This document shows, one piece after another, positions 11,961 to 24,173 of a stretch of 64,000 nucleotides of DNA. The DNA lies in contig NW_027192197.1 of assembly GCF_041956535.1 (NCBI RefSeq), positions 507,829 to 571,828 on the forward strand, given 5' to 3'. Under the pieces are notes generated by a model, which did not search any database, had not been told where the DNA came from, and was given only the letters and a program-made list of their open reading frames with translations. The translations under genes and the position numbers were made by a program. The stretch's first letter is position 1, and every line of letters starts with the position of its first letter. Source of the stretch: Calcarisporiella thermophila CBS 279.70 (taxonomy: Eukaryota > Fungi > Calcarisporiellomycota).

Positions 11961-13115
11961 ATGTCTACCAGCACGTATGTTTTATGCAGGGTGCTATTCT
12001 TTATGATATCCCCCATCGATCGAGGTTAACCAATTGTTGATTTTTTGGGATTGAAATAGGACTGTTCCCACTGCTGATCGAGTCTTTGTACCCGAGACCT
12101 TGTTGAAGAAACGCAAGGTCCAGGACAAGCAAAAGGCGGAACAAGCTGTTGCTTTGGCCGAAAAGAAGAAGGTATGTAATAAAGATCGATCAGTGCCCAT
12201 GCGATTTCGGTTTTAATGCTGAATATGGATGTGATGCACTCCGATCACTTTGAATTGCCCCCTCTCCCACCTTATCGAACTAATCCAAGTAATGGGTCAT
12301 AAACTAACATGTATCCCATCTGCATGGGTGGAATATTTAGGCTGCCCGCCAGAAACGCCGTGTCATTTTCAAGCGCGCAGACCAATATGTGCGGGAGTAT
12401 CGCTCTGCTGAGCGTGCTGACATTCGCCTTCGCCGCCAGGCCAAGGCCAAGGGCAACTTCTACGTCCCTCCGGAAGCCAAGCTCGCATTTGTGGTCCGCA
12501 TCAAAGGGTAGCTATTAACCGCTCTCTATGGCCGTTTGGCTAAGAGAAAATACTCAATCATTTTATTTCCTACAGTGTCAACAAGATTTCTCCCAAACCC
12601 CGGAAGATCTTGCAGCTCTTGCGTCTCCTCCAGATCAACAACGGTGTGTTCATCCGGTTGAACAAGGCCACTATCAATATGCTCCAGCGCATTGAGGTAA
12701 AGTTCGCAGCACCCCCCCCCCCCTTTTTTTTTGCTCTTACTCGCTTTACTCATCGCTCAATCCGCCTCTTGGTTAGCCTTTTGTTGCATGGGGATATCCC
12801 AACCTCAAGACCGTGCGCGAGCTCATCTACAAGCGTGGCTTTGCCAAGGTCGATCGTCAGCGCATCCCCATTACGGACAACGCCCTCATTGAGGAGCACC
12901 TCGGTGCCTATGGCATCATCTGTATGGAGGATTTGATCCACGAGATCTTCACTGTTGGCCCGCACTTCAAGGAGGCGGCCAACTTCCTCTGGCCCTTCAA
13001 GCTCAATAACCCTACCGGCGGATGGCATTCCCGCAAATTCCGCCACTTTGTCGAGGGGGGCGATTTCGGCAACCGTGAGGACCACATCAACGAGCTAGTT
13101 GGCAAAATGAATTAA
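11961..13115 (+). CDS. RPL7: 60S ribosomal protein L7 (uL30)
   Basis: [83 protein letters not shown]; four introns. Confidence 0.97.
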
Positions 13116-13491
13116 GCTTGTTGAGAATAAATATCTGTTAAAGTAGTCCAAGGTTAGAGGAAACAAAAGAAAAGTGTTATAAACGGCTCTCTAGCCCACA
13201 TTGAAGATACAGTGCCACCGCGGGGGCTGGGAGGTTAGGCGGAAGCGGATATACGGGAGTTGTCAGCAATGAACTTAGAAGCAATAAAGTCTACTTGTAT
13301 TTTGTTCATTCGTTGGCCAAGCCTAGGCCTTGTCGAAACTAGGCCCCTCTCGGGTGGGACGAACGTGTGGCTTAGAAGAAAAACAAAGCCTCCATTCGAG
13401 AGGTTTCGAAATCGCGTTTGGTCGTTAGGTAGAGCAAGCGTAGTGCTCTAGTAGTTAACGAAAAACAAAGCAAGACAAAAGGCCGGGAGCA

Positions 13492-15528
13492 ATGAACAAG
13501 GGCAAGAAGAAGGACAAAAAGCCTCAAGCCGATCAGCAGGCCGATGCGAATGCTTCAGCCCCGAAAGAGGAGCTTCCTGAGGATGTGAAGGACATGGCCA
13601 AAGACGCCGCAAAGTCCCTTTTGAAAGAGACGGGGAGAAATGAGAAGAAAATACAGGATTTGCTCGCGCAGCTTCGGCTAGAAGCGGCCATCCAACAGAA
13701 AAGGACCAAGAGCGTAGACCATGCATTCTGGAACACGCAACCCGTCGTCAAATCTGGTATGCACGATGAGACTTTTAACAAGGACGCACTTGGCCATTTT
13801 TTAAGTGAAGCCTCTTCCTATCTATTTTTCCATGTGTAGCTGAGGAGAGAGACGCGATGGGACCCATTGAACCCGATGTACCCCACGATCAGATTCGGAA
13901 AGATCCATACCCTCTCCCCGCAAGCTTTGAGTGGTGTGAAATCGACATTAATAACGACAATGAGGTCGCTTTCATTTCTTTGAGCTGCTTCTTTATTCAT
14001 CTCCATTAATCTAGGAGACTTTCTTTGGGACTATAGATTCAAGAACTCTACGAGTTGCTCACCAACAACTATGTTGAAGATGATGACGCCATGTTCCGAT
14101 TCGATTATTCTGCGGCCTTCTTGAAATGGTGCTCATCTCTTTCACGTATACACCCCCCCCCCTCTTTTTCTCGCTAACTCTCTCTCGACTCTAGGGCACT
14201 GGCGCCTCCAGGGTATAGGAAATCGTGGCATGTTGGAGTTCGCGTCTCCTCAAACAAAAAGCTTGTAGCCTTTATCAGTGGAATTCCTGCCGCCCTCAGA
14301 ACGTATGAACAGTAAGTGACCATTCATCTCCCCCTTTCTCAGCTCGCGTCTCATAGCTGACGGGGCCCTCTCTCCCCCCCCCTCCTTTCAGTAAGCATCA
14401 CCTGACCGAAATCAATTTCCTGTGTGTGCACAAGAAGCTGCGCAACAAACGTCTCGCTCCCGTGCTGATCAAGGAGATCACCCGCCGCTCCCACCTCGAT
14501 AACATATTCCAAGCCGTGTATACAGCAGGTGTGGTTATCCCAACCCCTATCGGCACTTGCAGGTAGTGTCCCTTCTTCTCTCCCCAGAGCCTTTTGTCCC
14601 AGGGGGAAAGGGACCACGGATTGCTCATCCTCGTCCTTATCCTCATCTTCCTCACCTATAGATACTACCATCGATCCATCAATTACAAGAAGCTTGTCGA
14701 GGCGGGTTTCTCACATCTTCGACCGAATCAAACCATGCATCGCATGCTCAAATACTATCGTCTTCCCTCGGAGACACAGCTGCCCGGGTTCCGCCCCCTC
14801 GAGACACGCGATATCCCTCAGGCACGAGTCCTCTTGAATAACTATCTGTCCAAGTTCCATTTGGCACCGATTTTCGAGACCGACGCCGAGTTCGAGCACT
14901 GGTTTAAACCCATCGATGGCGTAGTTTGGAGTTATGTCGTGGAGGTATGTACTCGCACTTTCCCTCATCTGCTCCTATATTTAGTTGCATTTACGAAATC
15001 ACCCCTTCACACATTCATTCCTTCACTCATTTCCTTTCTACACTTTGACAAATTAGGATTCCTCCACCAAGAAGATAACCGATCTCGTTTCGTTTTACTC
15101 CCTCCCCTCCACGGTCATCGGAAACCCTGTGCACAAGGCCATCCATGCCGCCTATTGCTTCTACTATGCCGTCAATCCACCCTCCAGTGATGATGAAAAG
15201 TGGCTCAAGACGCGCCTCCAGTCTCTGATGAAAGATGCCCTTGTCATGGCAAAGAATGTAAGCAAAAGTCCCAACTCATTTCTACGGAGGAGCTAGGCCT
15301 TCACCGTCTACACGGATGCTGACGCTGTTTCTTGGCATCTTTGTTTTTTTTTTTTGCGGATGCTTATAGCTTGGATTTGACGTATTCAATGGGTTAGATC
15401 TGCTGGACAACAATCTCTTCATTGATGAGCTCAAGTTTGGCCCGGGAGACGGGTTCCTGAACTATTACATGTATAATTGGCGCTGCCCTGAGGTGAAACG
15501 TAACAAGGTTGGGCTTGTTATGTTGTAA
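13492..15528 (+). CDS. NMT1: Glycylpeptide N-myristoyltransferase
   Basis: [83 protein letters not shown] and terminal GLVML; multi-exon. Confidence 0.97.
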
Positions 15529-15987
15529 GGGGGCGGCTTTTCTTTTTTTCAAAGGATGGGTAGAATTTTTTTTTTTGCTTTCTTTTTGTGGATGAAGGGC
15601 GAGATGGGGGGGGGGAGAGGATAAGTTATGCTGGTAGGAGGCTGAGGGGCGACCTCTCCATGATATGGAATTATAAATATATTTCAACGTCAAGAACTCA
15701 CCAAGAAACTCCAAAGTCCACGGGAGGGACCCTTGCAACCCCTATGGAAAAGAAAAGAGGAAGAATAGAACTAGTAGAGAAAATACAGGAGAATGGATAA
15801 GGGCAGCGGTGAAATCATAAATAGATGCTTGGCATTGATGACTTGGAATAAAATATAATATATGTAAGTGATGGAGTTGACAGTAAGAACTACAATATAA
15901 AACAAGTAAAATATTTCCAAGAAAGAAGAGGCTTCAAGTATATACACACAGGATGGGGATGGGGAGCAGCGAGGAGCGAGGGGGAGC

Positions 15988-16476
15988 TCACACGGGCAAG
16001 ATTCCCATCTCGCCATCCAGGAGAATCTCCACGACGTCGTCCTCTTTCCTGCTGGATCCGGACGAGGCCACGGATCGCGGCGTCATCATGCGCTCATCCT
16101 CGATGTCCATTCTCTCCTCATCCTGCCGGTGCAAGACGTGCCGATAGTACGAGGGATAGGAGCGAGTTCCGAGGAAAGCCTGCTCGCTCCACACAAAGCC
16201 ATTGTCCTTGGCCAGCACGATAATGGGGGCGGCATGCGAATAGTCGTAGTGGGTAGGGGGCTCGATGCAGCGGACCTCGGTGCTTGGCTCAGTATGAGGC
16301 CGATATCGCGGGCGAATCGGCTCTTGGGCCCTGCTGGAGGCGTGTGCATTGAGGCCGTGCGGGGGCGACGAGGCGAGGTTGCTGGGATGCTGCTGCTGCT
16401 GCTGCTGCTGCGGGGGGAGCTGTGGCTGTGATGAGAGAGGGGGCGTGGGGCGTAGCTGGATGGAGGAGCTGTTCAT
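15988..16476 (-). CDS. Hypothetical 162-aa protein with poly-Q tract
   Basis: Single ATG-initiated ORF with GC-rich third positions. Has an ordered-looking core (PIIVLAKDNGFVWSEQAFLG) and acidic C-terminus (DDVVEILLD). No family recognised. Confidence 0.65.
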   Translation of the reverse strand: MNSSSIQLRPTPPLSSQPQLPPQQQQQQQHPSNLASSPPHGLNAHASSRAQEPIRPRYRPHTEPSTEVRCIEPPTHYDYSHAAPIIVLAKDNGFVWSEQAFLGTRSYPSYYRHVLHRQDEERMDIEDERMMTPRSVASSGSSRKEDDVVEILLDGEMGILPV

Positions 16477-16862
16477 GGTTCCTGGGCCGAAACTGCGAGA
16501 GAAAAGTTGGCAATGCTCAAGCCGGGCGACTGGTGAGAAAAAGTGCCCAAGGGGGGCGACTGAAACCGTGATGAAAATGAAAAAGTTCGTGCATCACAAG
16601 ACTCCATTTGGCGGCCCCGGCCAATCACCCGAGGCCAAGCTCGAGGAAATTATGCACAAGTTCCGTCAAAAAGCTAGCATGACAAGTTTCAGTTTTGCCA
16701 GCGAATCTCGACTGGGAAGCCGGCCAAAGGCCCCAGCTACCGCGCCAAACGGCCCTCTCAAACCTGGCCACATGGCGCCCAGCATTCCCCTCCCCTCCTT
16801 TCCCCGCACTATTCCTACGGCCGGTTTCCCCGGCACGGGCAGGCCTCTCCTGGTTGTTTGTA

Positions 16863-17745
16863 ATGTTCTTTTGCATCGGCGGCTGGCTAAGTGCGTTGGG
16901 GGGCATGGTCCTCCTCATCTTCGTCCTCATAGGGAATCTCGAGAATCGGCCCCTCCTGAAGAACATCTACTTTCTGCTGATAAACGACGGCTCTCAGTTC
17001 TATACGTTTGGGCTGTGGAACTGGTGCAGAGGCACGTCGACTGAGGTTGAGCAGTGCGGGATTTCGAAGATTGGCTACATGCTAGGTGATTCATGCGCTT
17101 CGCCCTCCCTTCCTCCTCCTACGCATGCTAACTGTCCCCCTTCCCCTCATAGATCCCACTGCCCCCTTCTTCAATGCATGGAATGGGAAAATCGCACAGG
17201 ATGCGGCGCTCTCCTCCGTAGCGTCCGTGGTGTCCATTCTCTTCATTCCCGGGGTGCTCGCCGTGGGTGGCGGGTGGCTGCTGGGGGTGTGCTCTGCCCA
17301 CCGTCGATACACGTCCTGTCTTGCCGGGGTTCTTGTGCTGTTCGGGGCAGGCATCTCCGCGCTCGGGTTCGTCCTCGCCATCGCCTGCTACTACCAGGTG
17401 CAGCGCCTCGCCAGCTCACCCGCGATACAGGTGGAATATGGCCCGGCGACGTGGCTCACCATGGTTGCGACGGGGATGCTATTTGTCGCCGCGGTCAGCT
17501 TCCTGGTCGGTTGCTTGTTCCCCCATGCGGAACTGGAGGACCTCCTGGACAAGGTGGGAGACTTTGTTCGCGGGGTCCACCGGCGACCGGCCAAGAAGCG
17601 CGACGACAAGCAGGACCGACCAAGCTGGGAGGCGGCCAAGGGAGGAAACGAAGAGACAGCGCAGCTGTGTAGGTCGTGCTCGCAGCGCAAAGTGTGCAGC
17701 CGATGCTCGCGCGAGATCGAGGAAGAGGAGAGGCCCGAAGCTTGA
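16863..17745 (+). CDS. SUR7/PalI (claudin-like) four-TM membrane protein
   Basis: TM1, then YTFGLWNWC...C extracellular motif, intron ~17086-17152, three further hydrophobic helices and YGPATWLT. Confidence 0.8.
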
Positions 17746-18620
17746 TGCAGGCTGGGATAAGCCACAGGTCTGCTGGTGGACCCCCGATAGAGTTTAGAAC
17801 TGAAGCCTGGCCTTCTCGCCAGGGACCTGCCCTATCCACTCCCTATACACTCGTTTTATTTTATCATTTTGTATGGCAGTATCTTCCTATTAATACACTC
17901 AGCCTTCGGTAGTCTTGTTCTTTATTGAATGTAACTAAGTAATGCTTCATTTCTCTCGGCCGTGTAAGAAAAAGCCGCTGCTTTGCGCAACATTGTGCCC
18001 CTAGGGGATGGCCGTAGCCGTCCGTGACATCGTTGAGGGCCCTTCTAAGGCTGTCAAAGGGGGAAACCTACTTGACAACCTTAAATAACATTAGGCTCAT
18101 AGTGCCCAGCGTGCTACGCCCGGTGAACTAGACCGGAAGCCGCCGAGGGAATGAGAATGGGGCCCATAGCCATAAATAGGTTGAAGTGTTGGATCTGAAT
18201 AGAGAGCGAGCCGAAATCTGGCGATCTACAAAACACGTTGATAGGAGGCTTCTCAGATGGAGAAAGAGAAATGGCCGCATAAGGGAGAAAGTCGTCTTGT
18301 CCATCTCGATTTATGGATTTTGGTCAAGTATGGTAATTTTCACCTCTGTGAAAGGCCCAATTAGGCATTGCACGGCTCTTAGTCATTCCATCCTCCAATT
18401 CGGACCAAACCTAACCCTAGTCGCAACACCCCCAAACGAAACCCACCACAGCCCGACGTAACCTAGCTTCTTCCATATAAGGAGATTAGAGTTTTTGTAT
18501 ATTCAGGTCTAGTTGACGAAAATCATCCTAAATTTCCTTCTAAGGCAATTTCTCTCCCTTGACTTTCCATAATAGGAACTGTATTGCCCGTAACTAGAGG
18601 GCGAGATGGATCTCTCTCCG

Positions 18621-18628
18621 TATATAAG
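18621..18628 (+). promoter_or_regulatory. TATA box (TATATAAG) upstream of the two-repeat micro-ORF
   Basis: Canonical TATA about 110 bp before an ATG in A-rich context (aaacaccaaatATG at 18736). Confidence 0.5.
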
Positions 18629-18735
18629 ATGGCCCGGCTTGACAGCCTGTCTTCCGAACTCATTCTCTTTTCTCCTCTCACAATATTCTCGAGATAAAAG
18701 CAATTCCAACCGCTTCCAATAAACAAACACCAAAT

Positions 18736-19066
18736 ATGACCCATATCCTCGCGTTTGAATCCGCATCTCAAAAAACCCAATATCGACACAACTCCTTCAC
18801 CGTCACTATCCATAGTCAACCTCGCGTCGTCTCCTCAACTGTTTCCATCTATAGCGCCAAAAAATCCAGGTCAAAACCCAATTCCAAGGATACACATCTT
18901 AGTGGTTGAGACAAAATCTGCCGGAAAGATCCGCTATAAGCACCCTTCCTACACCTTTGTGATTAACAACAACATTCGTGTCGTCTCCCGCACTGTTTCC
19001 ACCCCTGCCACCGCAAAGACACCCTCGATGGGTGTTGCCAGAAGCGGCTATCTCTCTTCCGTGTAG
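18736..19066 (+). other. Small two-repeat coding sequence split by a +1 frame change (gene with assembly indel, recoded gene or young pseudogene)
   Basis: Frame A (18736-18909) reads MTHILAFESASQKTQYRHNSFTVTIHSQPRVVSSTVS. Frame B (to 19066) reads IHILVVETKSAGKIRYKHPSYTFVINNNIRVVSRTVS. The two are clearly homologous. Confidence 0.6.
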
Positions 19067-19794
19067 AGTTGAATTCATTCTCCTTCACCAACCCTGGTTC
19101 ATGAAATATGCAGATTGTATATATTTCAATGTTTTTTAGATGTCTGGTTGCATCTATACAAAAGTCGAAAGGCACCATACCCCCCCTTTCTTCCTCTGTT
19201 TGAAAACCATTGATATTAAGTATTTTAATTTTTGGAAAAGTGGCTTCTTTTCCTTGGGACTAGATAGTATCTGATTTCATTTCCCATTGGATTTGTTTGA
19301 ATACACACCCAAAATATCATCATTGTAAAGTGAATAAAAAAAAGCTCCAAGGTGGAGGCTATTTCGAACTAGTATTTTAATCAAATTAGTCTTTGACAGT
19401 GCGCCGATTTCCTCCTGCCCATTCATCACGGAGACGAAGAGACGGCTTGAATACGCATTTACCCATGATGAACTTGATCCTACGGCTGCACGTCTCTGAG
19501 AAGGGCGGTTAACTCTCGATCTTCCCTCATGGATACTCTCGCGGCGGTTCAATGCTTGCACATACTACTAAGGAATACTTTGTTTCTCTGTGAACCTAGC
19601 AACACTTTGATGAGCTTGGGAAGGGGTCGGGAATGATCTAGTGACGGCCGCGTCGACCAGCATGTAGCTACTCTAGTTATGTCATGGGTTTGGAGACCTA
19701 TATTCGAACATGTATAAGAGTACCGAAAGCATGCGATTTTAAGTTGAAATAGACTCTTCAAGCGGAAACGTCACAGCATGATGAATCATCTCTA

Positions 19795-20699
19795 TCTTAT
19801 GCAGTCGCCTTCCTCCTTTTTAAGGAGCATTTGGACACCGTAACCAATAAGGAAGAGGCAAGGGCATATGAAAAGCCTAAACTTTCGCCATCAAGGTAAG
19901 CCAGACAGCCTATCGGCAAAAGTCTATCTAGTCATTCTTACTCCAGCCTATCCCGCTCCACCCAATCAATTAGGGTCCAGGGACCCTCTTCCATGGAACT
20001 TCGACTGATAGGGGACACAAAGGAGAGGAAATAAGCGCCTTATCTGATTCTGGTAGACATGGTAGGATATGAATGATGAATAGAAAGACAGAAGAGGGCA
20101 AATGTGCATGATTGGCTTTGCAGTGAACAAAAAAGCATTAGGAGCGACGAGGGATAGGGGAGTCTAATCCAGGGAGGATGGTTTTTAGTGTTTAGTAGAA
20201 GGATTTCAGGGGAAGGATCGAGTCTTCTTCAATGACCCAGTGGGGGAGGATGCTTACTTTGAAGGACTGCTCATGAAGTCATTCTTGCGCTGGATTAAGG
20301 AGGGGGGGGGACTGGCATTTCGTTCTGCTTCGTCCGTGTCCATGCCAAATCCGCTTGCCGGACTCCCGGAAAAACAGGATCCTGTCATGTGCATAGAGCC
20401 ATGGGTCATGCACTGGTCGCATGGATGCTTCAACTTGGGGTGCTACCCAGATTCACCCGCCCCGTTGTATATGACTCCAATTAGTAAGGGATGAGTAATA
20501 TCTGATAATGAAGGGTGAAGGTCAGCCGAAATGCTGGAGCAAAATCTGGTGATATCTGGAGAGGTACGTCATGCTCCAAGGCGATGACCGAAGTTGCTTT
20601 TCGGCGTTGGCCACCGAAAAATTCGCATCCGACCCCCTCCTCCTTATCGCGAGGGGGGTTGTTCGCTTTTCGAGCTTTTCAAAAGGCGACTGCATAAGA
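19795..20699. repeat. 17-bp perfect inverted repeat pair bounding ~0.9 kb
   Basis: TCTTATGCAGTCGCCTT at 19795-19811 and its reverse complement AAGGCGACTGCATAAGA at 20683-20699. Confidence 0.6.
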
Positions 20700-21155
20700 A
20701 GCTTGGATAGCGGACGAGACCTGAGAAAGAGACCAGGCAGGTTCGGGGAGGACGCACGCCGCTCGTGTTTCACTGGTTGTATTTATTCCAGAGTCCATTT
20801 GAGGAGCATGAGCATGGTTAGCCATCGGTCGTGGCTATCCCGAAGTTTAAGAATGCTTTTCAAAGTCCGAACACTCGGTTGATAGCGCAGCCGGGACTTA
20901 AACCCAACCCAAATAGTCCCGCTTTTCTGTTTATAAAATTGGAGGCCAACTTGCTCACTGTCAAGCTCAAGAAAGTCATTAGAAATAAACTAAGCTGGGA
21001 GAAGAAGAAGAAGGACCGAAAAGAAGCCTATTTGTTCCTCTTTGCGCACACCATCCCTACGTTGCCATCTGTGCTCTCCCAGTGTTGATTCCTTCTTGTT
21101 CCCATTGTTGTTCTTTCGAGCCAACTTCTCCTGCTTCCCCGATCCTTTTTGTTTC

Positions 21156-22198
21156 ATGAGTGATCAAGATTACGAGGCGCTTCCGGAGACGGCGCCAGTC
21201 TACGTGCATCTTATGGCAGGGGCCGCCGCCGGAATCACCGAGCATGTGGTTATGTACCCGGTGGATTTTTTAAAGGTGATGACTCATCTCCCCCATCTCG
21301 CTTGGATGCTACAAAAATAGACTGCCATGGTTTGGCCATGCCTAACTCTCTCTGCCTTTTTCTCGCATTTCCGGCTCCCCTCCGGCTCCCTTTCCCCTTA
21401 TAGACTCGGATGCAAATTCTGAATCCGTCCCCTGCCGCGGTGTACACGGGCATCAGCAATGCCTTCTCCCGCATCACGTCCACCGAAGGCGTGACGCGTT
21501 TGTGGCGAGGCGTGAATTCGGTGATTCTCGGGGCGGGACCAGCCCATGCCCTGTACTTTGCCACGTATGAGAAGTGCAAGGATGTCTTTGGCGGCAATCG
21601 CGAGGGCTACCACCCCATAGCCACCTCCGTGGCGGGCGCGATTGCGTCCATCTTCCACGATGCATTCATGACGCCCTTTGATGTGATCAAGCAGAGAATG
21701 CAGCTGCACGGATCCACTCACCCGACCATTATGGCATGTGCGCGCTCTGTGTACCGCGTGGAAGGCCTGCGTGCATTCTACATTTCGTACCCCACCACGC
21801 TCTCCATGTCGATTCCATTCCAGTCCATCCAGTTCACCACGTACGAGTTCTTCCGCAAGCTGCTGAACCCGGAGAACAAGTACGACCCCTGGGTGCACAT
21901 CGTGTCGGGGGGGCTCTCGGGCGCCGTGGCGGCCGCGGCCACCACGCCGCTGGACGTGGTGAAAACTCTGCTGCAGACGCGGGGCCAGGCAACCGATCCC
22001 CGCATCCAGAACTGCTCCGGCTTCTGGCAGGGGGCGCAGCTTGTGTACGAGCGCAACGGCCCCCGGGGCTTCTTCCGGGGGCTGCAGCCCCGCATCCTGG
22101 CCCACATGCCGTCGACCGCGCTGTCCTGGAGCGTGTATGAGGCCGCCAAGTATTTCATCCGGCGGAAGGAGCAGAAGGAACAACACCTCCGCTTGTAA
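21156..22198 (+). CDS. MRS4: Mitochondrial iron carrier (mitoferrin, MRS3/MRS4 family)
   Basis: [63 protein letters not shown] and three PxDxxK repeats; one intron. Confidence 0.95.
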
Positions 22199-24173
22199 AT
22201 ATGATCGCCGCTATACAATCTGCTTATATCTCCTCCTTCTCTCCCGTCCGCTCCCCAAAAGAACAGACTGGACACACACACACCCCTTTTTTTATACATA
22301 TTTATGTGTTCTCTTGTACGAGTAAAAGCTTTAACCTTTTCCCCGCCCCCCCGTTTCCTCACCCTCGCCCTCGCCCTCGCCCTCGCCCCCCTCCTCTCTC
22401 CAACGAGAAATATTCCCTATCTTGCTATTCATTCTCTTTTTCCTATTCTCTATTTTATGCTTCTCACTTCTATTGTTTTCTTTTCTTTTTTCTGTTATCT
22501 TTTTGCTTGTAGCCGAGGCAGACAAGCGTGGTTGGACCTTGGTTGGGTTTGCATGGATGTTGCATTTTTTTTTTTTTACTCTAAACAATAAAGGAAAATG
22601 GATGGACATTGGTGATGGACAAGCTCACGCGTCCGCTGCTCACGAGCCCAGGTGGGCCGTGGCGGATCCACCGAGAAGGGTGGTCCAAGGTTGAGGAGGC
22701 GCGTCTGGCCGACCCGGCCGGAAGGACGCCAAGAATACGCAGCAGCCATGACGACAAGAAAGGGATCCCACGTAAGCAAGCCTGAGTTTGATCCATTTCT
22801 CCTTCCGCAAATGGCAGCGCTGCTCGGTGTAAAAGGAGAGACGGGATTCCCACTTTGTTTTTAGGTTGTCTTTGCGGGAGGCGAGGATCGCTTGCCGGTT
22901 GGATGGGGAGGGCAGATTCGGTGGGAGGCTCCTCCCCCTCCCATCTCCGCCGGGGGTCTGGCGCTGGGGGGATGGCTGCCACAAACGTCGGCCCAAAAGG
23001 GGGAAACAAGCCTCCCCAACACGACTCTGCGAAACCGAGTGCCCGGGGGAGTGAGAAGGGTTGACCGAGTGGCCGGTGCCAACCGACAGGCATGCAGCGA
23101 GGGCTTTCTCGGGCGGGCCCCATCGCTCCAAACTCTCTTCCTCCGGCCGCCCCCTTCCCCTGTGGCCGTCGCGCCCGCCCGCCGAGCCCACATTTCCGGC
23201 CAAGTTTCGCCCAACTCGCTCGGCATCCCTTGGTGACAGCTACAGCGGGGGGGTCGGCGGCAGGCCTTGGTTGAACAAGCGGGGGGCCGCCATTTGCACG
23301 GAGTTAGGTTTGGGGGGGGATAGTTCAGGGGCCGGATACACAACTGCTACCAGTGGACAGGAACGGCTGGAGCTTGTTTTCTGTTTGGGATTCTTTCTCC
23401 TCTCTCCTCCCTTGTCTCTCGTGGTGCTGCGGCTCTGCAGCGCTGCGTGAATGTTTCTAAATCGAACGTGTTTTACTCTGCAGAAACACGCGTGCGCGGT
23501 GTTGAGGGAAGGCAGCAGGGCCGTGGGAGGGGGAGGGGGGGGGGCGGTTAGGCCTCTTATAGCGGCAGCCGCCATAGAGTTTAATTAAATCACGAAGTCC
23601 CACTGAAACATTGCTAATTTGTTTTTCCTGTGGTGAAATCATGGCTCTGCATGCAGCAGAGCCATATCCACACCGCGCTTATGGCAACGGCCCGGGATGG
23701 ATCGAGCTGGGCCTTTCTATTTTTGAGCTGCTCATATTCGGCCGGTAACACCCCCGTCTCATAGCCGGAAACCAATCGAATGGCCGCATCGCCCATGGTT
23801 TTAGAGTTGAGCACGGTGCGTCGTGCAAAGGCACCAAAATTCGAACCTCGACACTATCTCAGAACAATTCATATTACAGCATGCTGTTTCATTCCTAAGG
23901 AGAGTGCTTTTCGTTTTATTTGCACTCCCTCCCGCCCGGTCCACTCATTCCCTCCATCATTCCTCCTCGCCCTCCCCCCGCTGCCATTAGCATTGTCGGG
24001 CCCGTCATTCTCCCTCCACTTGTCGCCCTCGCCATTGCCGTCGCCGGCGTTGCTCTCCCCCGCTAACAGCATTGCTGTCTTTGCATTACCGATTCCGGCT
24101 TATTTATTCTGCCCCCCCCCCCCCCTTCGCAAAAATCCCTCGCTAATATCCCTCTCCTCTTCTCCTCGACAAC

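Noticed and set aside
19465-19500. ATGATGA...CTGA as a box C/D snoRNA
   Set aside because: Only ~35 nt between the boxes, with no terminal stem or recognisable rRNA guide.
22576-23820. Many overlapping 60-190 aa ORFs and an intron-like segment at ~22771-22864
   Set aside because: GC-rich low-complexity translations with no domain and no consistent gene model.
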